Assembly (NCBI RefSeq): GCF_009914755.1
Contig: NC_060925.1
Source of the DNA: the human T2T-CHM13v2.0 reference genome, Homo sapiens
DNA length: 64,000 nucleotides
Strand: one strand, 5' to 3'
The notes below the pieces were generated by a model. That model did no database searches. It was not told where the DNA came from and saw only the letters and a list, made by a program, of their open reading frames with translations. How positions within the stretch are numbered: position 1 is the first letter of the stretch; the number at the start of each line of letters is the position of its first letter. Shown in pieces: positions 41,901 through 54,300 of this stretch. The translations under genes and the position numbers were made by a program.

Positions 41901-44900
41901 CCAACGGAAGCTAATGGAATAAACATCGAATGAATCAAATGGAAACACCATCGAATTGAAACGAATGGAATTACCATGAAATTGAAATGGATGGACTCAT
42001 CATCAAATGGATTCGAGTGGAATCATCGAATAAAATTGATTGAAATCATCATCAAATGGAATCGAATGGTATCATTGAATGGAATCGAATGGAATCATCA
42101 TCAGATGGAAATGAAAGGAATCGTCATAGAATGGAATTGAATGGATTCATTGAATGGAATCAGATGGAATCATTGAATGGACTGGAATGGAATCATTGAA
42201 TGGACTCGAAAGGGATCATTATTGAATGGAATTGAATGGAATCATCGAATGGTCTCGATTGGAATCATTATCAAATGGAAACGAATGGAATCACCAAATA
42301 GAATCGAATGGAACAATCATTGAATGGACTCAAATGGAATTATCCTCAAATGGAATTGAATGGAATTATCGAATGCAATCGAATGGAATTATCGAATGCA
42401 ATCGAATAGAATCATCGAATGGAGTCGAATGGAATCATCGAATGGAATGGAATGGAACAGTCAATGAACTCGAATGGAATCATCATTGAATGGAATCGAA
42501 TGGAATCATCGAGTGGAATCGAATGGAATTATGATCAAATGGAATCGAATGTAATCATCATCAAATGGAATCAAAAATAACCATCATCAATTGGTATTGA
42601 ATGGAATTCTCATCAAATGGAATTCAAAGGAATCATCATCAAATGGAACCGAATGGTATCCTCATTGAATGGAAATGAAAGGGGTCATCATCTAATGGAA
42701 TCGCATGGAATCATCATCAAATGGAATCGAATGGAATCAACATCAAATGGAATCAAATGGAGTCATTGAACGGAATTGAATGGAATCGTCATCGAATGAA
42801 TTGAATGCAATCATTGAATGGTCTCGAATGGAATCATCTTCAAATGGAATGGAATGGAATCATCACATAGAATCGAATGGAATTATCATCGAATGGAATC
42901 GAATGGAATCAACATCAAACGGAAAAAAACGGAATTATCGAATGGAATCGAAGAGAATCATCGAATGGACCCGAATGGAATCATCTAATGGAATGGAATG
43001 GAATAATCCATGGACTCGAATGCAATCATCATCGAATGGAATCGAATGGAATCATCGAATGGACTCGAATGGAATAATCATTGAACGGAATCGAATGGAA
43101 TCATCATCGGATGGAAACGAATGGAATCATCATCGAATGGAATCGAATAGATTTATGGAATGAAATCCAGTGTGATCATCATCGAATGGACCCGAATGGA
43201 ATCATCATCCAACGGAAGCTAATGAAATCAACATCGAATGAATCAAATGGAAACACCATCGAATTGAAACGAATGGAATTACCATGAAATTGAAATGGAT
43301 GGACTCATCATCAAATGGATTCGAATGGAATCATCGAATAAAATTGATTGAAATCATCATCGAATGGAATCGAATGGTATCATTGAATGGAATCGAATGG
43401 AATCATCATCAGATGGAAATGAATGGAATCGTCATAGAATGGAATCGAATGGATTCATTGAATGGAATCAGATGGAATCATTGAATGGACTGGAATGGAA
43501 TCATTGAATGGACTCGAAAGGGATCATGATTGAATGGAATTGAATGGAATCATGGAATGGTCTCGATTGGAATCATTATCAAATGGAATCGAATGGAATC
43601 ACCGAATAGAATCGAATGGAACAATCATCGAATGGACTCAAATGGAATTATCCTCAAATGGAATCGAATGGAATTATCGAATGCAATCGAATGGAATTAT
43701 CGAATGCAATCGAATAGAATCATCGAAAGGACTCGAATGGAATCATCGAATGGAATGGAATGGAACAGTCAATGAACTCGAATGGAATCATCATTGAATG
43801 GAATCGAATGGAATCATCGAGTGGAATCGAATGGAATTATGATCAAATGGAATCGAATGTAATCATCATCAAATGGAATCAAAAATAACCATCATCAATT
43901 GGTATTGAATGGAATTGTCATCAAATGGAATTCAAAGGAATCATCATCAAATGGAACCGAATGGAATCCTCATTGAATGGAAATGAAAGGGGTCATCATC
44001 TAATGGAATCGCATGGAATCATCATCAAATGGAATCGAATGGAATCATCATCAAATGGAATCTAATGGAATCATTGAAAAGAATTGAATGGAATCATCAT
44101 CGAATTAATTGAATGCAATCATCGAATGGTCTCGAATGGAATCATCTTCTAATGGAAAGGAATGGAATCATCGCATAGAATCGAATGGAATTATCATCGA
44201 ATGGAATCGAATGGTATCAACACCAAACGGAAAAAAACGGAATTATCGAATGGAATCGAAGAGAATCTTCGAACGGACCCGAATGGAATCATCTAATGGA
44301 ATGGAATGGAATAATCCATGGACTCGAATGCAATCATCATCGAATGGAATCGAATGGAATCATCGAATGGACTCGAATGGAATAATCATTGAACGGAATC
44401 GAATGGAATCATCAACGGATGGAAACGAATGGAATCATCATCGAATGGAAATGAAAGGAGTCATCATCTAATGGAATTGCATGGAATCATCATAAAATGG
44501 AATCGAATGGAATCAACATCAAATGGAATCAAATGGAATCATTGAACGGAATTGAATGGAATCGTCATCGAATGAATTGAATGCAATCATCGAATGGTCT
44601 CGAATGGAATCATCTTCAAATGGAATGGAATGGAATCATCGCATAGAATCGAATGGAATTATCATCGAATGGAATCGAATGGAATCAACATCAAACGGAA
44701 AAAAACGGAATTATCGAATGGAATCGAAGAGAATCATCGAATGGACCCGAATGGAATCATCTAATGGAATGGAATGGAATAATCCATGGACTCGAATGCA
44801 ATCATCATCGAATGGAATCGAATGGAATCATCGAATGGACTCGAATGGAATAATCATTGAACGGAATCGAATGGAATCATCATCGGATGGAAATGAATGG

Positions 44901-45309
44901 AATCATCATCGAATGGAATCGAATAGAATTATGGAATGAAATCCAGTGTGATCATCATCGAATGGACCCGAATGGAATCATCATCCAACGGAAGCTAATG
45001 GAATCAACATCGAATGAATCAAATGGAAACACCATCGAATTGAAACGAATGGAATTACCATGAAATTGAAATGGATGGACTCATCATCAAATGGATTCGA
45101 GTGGAATCATCGAATAAAATTGATTGAAATCATCATCGAATGGAATCGAATGGTATCATTGAATGGAATCGAATGGAATCATCATCAGATGGAAATGAAT
45201 GGAATCGTCATAGAATGGAATCGAATGGATTCATTGAATGGAATCAGATGGAATCATTGAATGGACTGGAATGGAATCATTGAATGGACTCGAAAGGGAT
45301 CATGATTGA
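36000..45309 (+). repeat. 3084-bp higher-order repeat (1308+1776), three copies
   Basis: Landmarks at 36058, 37366, 39142, 40450, 42226, 43534 and 45310. Private SNVs GGAGTCGAAT, GGTATCCTC, GGAGTCATTG, CATCACATAG, AGATTTATGG, CAACGGATGG recur every 3084 bp. Confidence 0.93.
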
Positions 45310-48300
45310 ATGGAATTGAATGGAATCATCGAATGGTCTCGATTGGAATCATTATCAAATGGAATCGAATGGAATCACCGAATAGAATCGAATGGAACAA
45401 TCATCGAATGGACTCAAATGGAATTATCCTCAAATGGAATCGAATGGAATTATCGAATGCAATCGAATGGAATTATCGAATGCAATCGAATAGAATCATC
45501 GAATGGACTCGAATGGAATCATCGAATGGAATGGAATGGAACAGTCAATGAACTCGAATGGAATCATCATTGAATGGAATCGAATGGAATCATCGAGTGG
45601 AATCGAATGGAATTATGATCAAATGGAATCGAATGTAATCATCATCAAATGGAATCAAAAATAACCATCATCAATTGGTATTGAATGGAATTGTCATCAA
45701 ATGGAATTCAAAGGAATCATCATCAAATGGAACCGAATGGAATCCTCATTGAATGGAAATGAAAGGGGTCATCATCTAATGGAATCGCATGGAATCATCA
45801 TCAAATGGAATCGAATGGAATCATCATCAAATGGAATCTAATGGAATCATTGAAAAAATTGAATGGAATCATCATAGAATGAATTGAATGCAATCACCGA
45901 CTGGTCCCGAATGGAATCATCTTCTAATGGAAAGGAATGGAATCATCGCATAGAATCGAATGGAATTATCATCGAATGGAATCGAATGGTATCAAAACCA
46001 AACGGAAAAAAACGGAATTATCGAATGGAATCGAAGAGAATCTTCGAACGGACCCGAATGGAATCATCTAATGGAATGGAATGGAATAATCCATGGACTC
46101 GAATGCAATAATCATCGAATGGAATCAAATGGAATCATCGAATGGACTCGAATGTAATAATCATTGAACGGAATCGAATGGAATCATCATCGGATGGAAA
46201 CGAATGGAATCATCATCGAAAGGCAATGAAAGGAGTCATCATCTAATGGAATTGCATGGAATCTTCATAAAATGGAATCGAATGAAATCAACATCAAATG
46301 GAATCAAATGGAATCATTGAACGGAATTGAATGGAATCGTCATCGAATGAATTGAATGCAATCATCGAATGGTCTCGAATGGAATCATCTTCAAATGGAA
46401 TGGAATGGAATCATCGCATAGAATCGAATGGAATTATCATCGAATGGAATCGAATGGAATCAACATCAAACGGAAAAAAACGGAATTATCGAATGGAATC
46501 GAAGAGAATCATCGAACGGACCCGAATGGAATCATCTAATGGTATGGAATGGAATAATCCATGGACTCGAATGCAATCATCATCAAATGGAATCGAATGG
46601 AATCATCGAATGGATTCGAATGGAATAATCATTGAACGGAATCGAATGGAATCATCATCGGATGGAAATGAATGGAATCATCATCGAATGGAATCGAATA
46701 GAATTATGGAATGAAATCCAGTGTGATCATCATCGAATGGACCCGAATGGAATCATCATCCAACGGAAGCTAATGGAATCAACATCGAATGAATCAAATG
46801 GAAACACCATCGAATTGAAACGAATGGAATTACCATGAAATTGAAATGGATGGACTCATCATCGAATGGATTCGAATGGAATCATCGAATAAAATTGATT
46901 GAAATCATCATCGAATGGAATCGAATGGTATCATTGAATGGAATCGAATGGAATCATCATCAGATGGAAATGAATGGAATCGTCATAGAATGGAATCGAA
47001 TGGATTCATTGAATGGAATCAGAATGAATCATCGAATGGACTGGAATGGAATCATTGAATGGACTCGAAAGGGATCATGATTGAATGGAATTGAATGGAA
47101 TCATCGAATGGTCTCGATTGGAATCATTATCAAATGGAATCGAATGGAATCACCGAATAGAATCGAATGGAACAATCATCGAATGGACTCAAATGGAATT
47201 ATCCTCAAATGGAATCGAATGGAATTATCGAATGCAATCGAATGGAATTATCGAATGCAATCGAATAGAATCATCGAATGGACTCGAATGGAATCATCGA
47301 ATGGAATGGTATGGAACAGTCAATGAACTCGAATGGAATCATCATTGAATGGAATCGAATGGAATCATCGAGTGGAATCGAATGGAATTATGATCAAATG
47401 GAATCGAATGTAATCATCATCAAATGGAATCAAAAATAACCATCATCAATTGGTATGGAATGGAATTGTCATCAAATGGAATTCAAAGGAATCATCATCA
47501 AATGGAACCGAATGGAATCCTCATTGAATGGAAATGAAAGGGGTCATCATCTAATGGAATCGCATGGAATCATCATCAAATGGAATCGAATGGAATCATC
47601 ATCAAATGGAATCTAATGGAATCATTGAAAAGAATTGAATGGAAACGTCATCGAATGAATTGAATGCAATCATCGAATGGTCTCGAATGGAATCATCTTC
47701 TAATGGAAAGGAATGGAATCATCGCATAGAATCGAATGGAATTATCATCGAATGGAATCGAATGGTATCAACACCAAACGGAAAAAAACGGAATTATCGA
47801 ATGGAATCGAAGAGAATCTTCGAACGGACCCGAATGGAATCATCTAATGGAATGGAATGGAATAATCCATGGACTCGAATGCAATCATCATCGAATGGAA
47901 TCGAATGGAATCATCGAATGGACTCGAATGGAATAATCATTGAACGGAATCGAATGGAATCATCATCGGATGGAAATGAATGGAATCATCATCGAATGGA
48001 ATCGAATAGAATTATGGAATGAAATCCAGAGTGATCATCATCGAATGGACCCGAATGGAATCATCATACAACGGAAGCTAATGGAATCAACATCGAATGA
48101 ATCAAATGGAAACACCATCGAATTGAAACGAATGGAATTATCATGAAATTGAAATGGATGGACTCATCATCGAATGGATTCGAATGGAATCATCGAATAA
48201 AATTGATTGAAATCATCATCGAATGGAATCGAATGGTATCATTGAATGGAATCGAATGGAATCATCATCAGATGGAAATGAATGGAATCGTCATAGAATG

Positions 48301-51300
48301 GAATCGAATGGATTCATTGAATGGAATCAGATGGAATCATCGAATGGACTGGAATGGAATCATTGAATGGACTCGAAAGGGATCATTATTGAATGGAATT
48401 GAATGGAATCATCGAATGGTCTCGATTGGAATCATTATCAAATGGAATCGAATGGAATCACCGAATAGAATCGAATGGAACAATCATCGAATGGACTCAA
48501 ATGGAATTATCCTCAAATGGAATCGAATGGAATTATCGAATGCAATCGAATGGAATTATCGAATGCAATCGAATAGAATCATCGAATGGACTCGAATGGA
48601 ATCATCGAATGGAATGGAATGGAACAGTCAATGAATTCGAATGGAATAATCATTGAATGGAATCGAATGGAATCATCGAGTGGAATCGAATGGAATTATG
48701 ATCAAATGGAATCGAATGTAATCATCATCAAATGGAATCAAAAATAACCATCATCAATTGGTATTGAATGGAATTGTCATCAAATGGAATTCAAAGGAAT
48801 CATCATCAAATGGAACCGAATGGAATCCTCATTGAATGGAAATGAAAGGGGTCATCATCTAATGGAATCGCATGGAATCATCATCAAATGGAATCGAAAG
48901 GAATCATCATCAAATGGAATCTAATGGAATCATTGAACAGAATTGAATGGAATCGTCATCGAATGAATTGAATGCAATCATCGAATGGTCTCGAATGGAA
49001 TCATCTTCTAATGGAAAGGAATGGAATCATCGCATAGAATCGAATGGAATTATCATCGAATGGAATCGAATGGTATCAACACCAAACGGAAAAAAACGGA
49101 ATTATCGAATGGAATCGAAGAGAATCTTCGAACGGACCCAAATGGAATCATCTAATGGAATGGAATGGAATAATCCATGGAGTCGAATGCAATCATCATC
49201 GAATGGAATCGAATGGAATCATCGAATGGACTCGAATGGAATAATCGTTGAACGGAATCAAATGGAATCATCATTGGATGGAAACGAATGGAATCATCAT
49301 CGAATGGAAATGAAAGGAGTCATCATCTAATGGAATTGCATGGAATCATCATAAAATGGAATCGAATGGAATCAACATCAAATGGAATCAAATGGAATCA
49401 TTGAACGGAATTGAATGGAATCGTCATCGAATGAATTGACTGCAATCATCGAATGGTCTCGAATGGAATCATCTTCAAATGGAATGGAATGGAATCATCG
49501 CATAGAATCGAATGGAATTATCATCGAATGGAATCGAATGGAATCATCGCATAGAATCGAATGGAATTATCATCGAATGGAATCGAATGGAATCAACATC
49601 AAACGGAAAAAAACGAAATTATCGTATGGAATCGAAGAGAATCATCGAATGGACCCGAATGGAATCATCTAATGGTATGGAATGGAATAATCCATGGACT
49701 CGAATGCAATCATCATCGAATGGAATCGAATGGAATCATCGAATGGACTCGAATGGAATAATCATTGAACGGAATCGAATGGAATCATCATCGGATGGAA
49801 ATGAATGGAATCATCATCGAATGGAATCGAATAGAATTATGGAATGAAATCCAGTGTCATCATCATCGAATGGACCCGAATGGAATCATCATCCAACGGA
49901 AGCTAATGGAATCAACATCGAATGAATCGAATGGAAACACCATCGAATTGAAACGAATGGAATTATCATGAAATTGAAATGGATGGACTCATCATCGAAT
50001 GGATTCGAATGGAATCATCGAATAAAATTGATTGAAATCATCAACAAATGGAATCGAATGGTATCATTGAATGGAATCGAATGGAATCATCATCAGATGG
50101 AAATGAATGGAATCGTCATAGAATGGAATCGAATGGATTCATTGAATGGAATCAGATGGAATCATCGAATGGACTGGAATGGAATCATTGAATGGACACG
50201 AAAGGATTCATTATTGAATGGAATTGAATGGAATCATCGAATGGTCTCGATTGGAATCATTATCAAATGGAATCGAATGGAATCACCGAATAGAATCGAA
50301 TGGAACAATCATCGAATGGACTCAAATGGAATTATCCTCAAATGGAATCGAATGGAAATATCGAATGCAATCGAATGGAATTATCGAATGCAATCGAATA
50401 GAATCATCGAATGGACTCGAATGGAATCATCGAATGGAATGGAATGGAACAGTCAATGAACTCGAATGGAATCATCATTGAATGGAATCGAATGGAATCA
50501 TCGAGTGGAATCGAATGGAATTATGATCAAATGGAATCGAATGTAATCATCATCAAATGGAATCAAAAATAACCATCATCAATTGGCATTGAATGGAATT
50601 CTCATCAAATGGAATTCAAAGGAATCATCACCAAATGGAACCGAATGGAATCCTCATTGAATGGAAATGAAAGGGGTCATCATCTAATGGAATCGCATGG
50701 AATCATCATCAAATGGAATCGAATGGAATCATCATCAAATGGAATCTAATGGAATCATTGAACAGAATTGAATGGAATCGTCATCGAATGAATTGAATGC
50801 AATCATCGAATGGTCTCGAATGGAACCATCTTCTAATGGAAAGGAATGGAATCATCGCATAGAATCGAATGGAACAATCATCGAATGGACTCAAATGGAA
50901 TTATCCTCAAATGGAATGGAATGGAATTATCGAATGCAATCGAATGGAATTATAGAATGCAATCGAATAGAATCATCGAATGGACTCGAATGGAATAATC
51001 ATTGAACGGAATCGAATGGAATCATCATCGGATGGAAACGAATGGAATCATCATCGAATGGAAATGAAAGGAGTCATCATCTAATGGAATCGCATGGAAT
51101 CATGATAAAATGGAATCGAATGGAATCAACATCAAATGGAATCAAATGGAATCATTGAACGGAATTGAATGGAATCGTCATCGAATAAATTGAATGCAAT
51201 CATCGAATGGTCTCGAATGGAATCATCTTCAAATGGAATGGAATGGAATCATCGCATAGAATCGAATGGAATTATCATCGAATGGAATCGAATGGAATCA

Positions 51301-54300
51301 ACATCAAACGGAAAAAAACGGAATTATCGAATGGAATCGAAGAGAATCATCGAATGGACCCGAATGGAATCATCTAATGGAATGGAATGGAATAATCCAT
51401 GGACTCGAATGCAATCATCATCGAATGGAATCGAATGGAATCATCGAATGGACTCGAATGGAATAATCATGGAACGGAATCGAATGGAATCATCATCGGA
51501 TGGAAATGAAAGGAGTCATCATCTAATGGAATTGCATGGAATCATCATAAAATGGAATCGAATGGAATCAACATCACATGGAATCAAATGGAATCATTGA
51601 ACGGAATTGAATGGAATCGTCATCGAATGAATTGAATGCAATCATCGAATGGTCTCGAATGGAATCATCTTCAAATGGAATGGAATGGAATCATTGCATA
51701 GAATCGAATGGAATTGTCATCGAATGGAATCGAATGGAATCAACATCAAACGGAAAAAAACGGAATTATCGAATGGAATCGAAGAGAATCATCGAATGGA
51801 CCCGAATGGAATCATCTAATGGAATGGAATGGAATAATCCATGGACTCGAATGCAATCATCATCGAATGGAATCGAATGGAATCATCGAATGGACTCGAA
51901 TGGAATAATCATTGAACGGAATCGAATAGAATCATCATCGGATGGAAATGAATGGAATCATCATCGAATGGAATCGAATAGAATTATGGAATGAAATCCA
52001 GTGTGATCATCATCGAATGGACCCGAATGGAATCATCATCCAACGGATGCTAATGGAATCAACATCGAATGAATCAAATGGAAACACCATCGAATTGAAA
52101 CGAATGGAATTACCATGAAATTGAAATGGATGGACTCATCATCGAATGGATTCGAAAGGAATCATCGAATAAAATTCATTGAAATCATCATCGAATGGAA
52201 TCGAATGGTATCATTGAATGGAATCGAATGGAATCATCATCAGATGGAAATGAATGGAATCGTCATAGAATGGAATCGAATGGATTCATTGAATGGAATC
52301 AGATGGAATCATCGAATGGACTGGAATGGAATCATTGAATGGACTCGAAAGGGATCATGATTGAATGGAATTGAATGGAATCATCGAATGGTCTCGATTG
52401 GAATCATTATCAAATGGAATCGAACGGAATCACCGAACAGAATCGAATGGAACAATCATCGAATGGACTCAAATGGAATTATCCTCAAATGGAATCGAAT
52501 GGAAATATCGAATGCATTCGAATGGAATTATTGAATGCAATCGAATAGAATCATCGAATGGACTCGAATGGAATCATCGAATGGAATGGAATGGAACAGT
52601 CAATGAACTCGAATGGAATCATCATTGAATGGAATCGAATGGAACCATCGAGTGGAATCGAATGGAATTATGATCAAATGGAATCGAATGTAATCCTCAT
52701 CAAATGGAATCAAAAATAACCATCATCAATTGGTATTCAATGGAATTGTCATCAAATGGAATTCAAAGGAATCATCATCAAATGGAACCGAATGGAATCC
52801 TCATTGAATGGAAATGAAAGGGGTCATCATCTAATGGAATCGCATGGAATCATCATCAAATGGAATCGAATGGAATCATCATCAAATGGAATCTAATGGA
52901 ATCATTGAACAGAATTTAATGGAATCGTCATCGAATGAATTGAATGCAATCATCGAATGGTCTCGAATGGAACCATCTTCTAATGGAAAGGAATGGAATC
53001 ATCGCATAGAATCGAATGGAATTGTCATCGAATGGAATCGAATGGTATCAACACCAAACGGAAAAAAACGGTATTATAGAATGGAATCGAAGAGAATCTT
53101 CGAACGGACCCGAATGGAATCATCTAATGGAATGGAATGGAATAATCCATGGACTCGAATGCAATCATCATCGAATGGAATTGAATGGAATCATCGAATG
53201 GACTCGAATGGAATAATCATTGAACGGAATCGAATGGAATCATCATCGGATGGAAACGAATGGAATCATCATCGAATGGGAATGAAAGGAGTCATCATCT
53301 AATGGAATTGCATGGAATCATCATAAAATGGAATCGAATGGAATCAACATCAAATGGAATCAAATGGAATCATTGAACGGAATTGAATGGAATCGTCATC
53401 GAATGAATTGAATGCAATCATCGAATGGTCTCGAATGGAATCATCTTCAAATGGAATGGAATGGAATCATCGCATAGAATCGAATGGAATTATCATCGAA
53501 TGCAATCGAATGGAATCAACACCAAACGGAAAAAAACGGAATTATCGAATGGAATCGAAGAGAATCATCGAATGGACCCGAATGGAATCATCTAATGGAA
53601 TGGAATGGAATAATCCAAGGACTCGAATGCAATCATCATCGAATGGAATCGAATGGAATCATCGAATGGACTCGAATGGAATAATCATTGAACGGAATCG
53701 AATGGAATCATCATCGGATGGAAATGAATGGAATCGTCATCGAATGGAATCGAATAGAATTATGGAATGAAATCCAGTGTGATCATCATCGAATGGACCT
53801 GAATGGAATCATCATCCAACGGAAGCTAATGGAATCATCATCGAATGAATCAAATGGAAACACCATCGAATTGAAACGAATGGAATTACCATGAAATTGA
53901 AATAGATGGACTCATCATCAAATGTGTTCGAATGGAATCATCGAATAAAATTGACTGAAATCATCATCGAATGGAATCGAATGGTATCATTGAATGGAAT
54001 CGAATGGAATCCTCATTGAATGGAAATGAAAGGGGTCATCATCTAATGGAATCGCATGGAATCATCATCAAATGGAATCGAATGGAATCATCATCAAATG
54101 GAATCTAATGGAATCATTGAAAGAATTGAATGGAATCATCATCGAATGAATTGAATGCAATCATCGAATGTTCCCGAATGGAATCATCTTCTAATGGAAA
54201 GGAATGGAATCATCGCATAGAATCGAATGGAATTATCATCGAATGGAATCGAATGGTATCAACACCAAACGGAAAAAAACGGAATTATCGAATGGAATCG

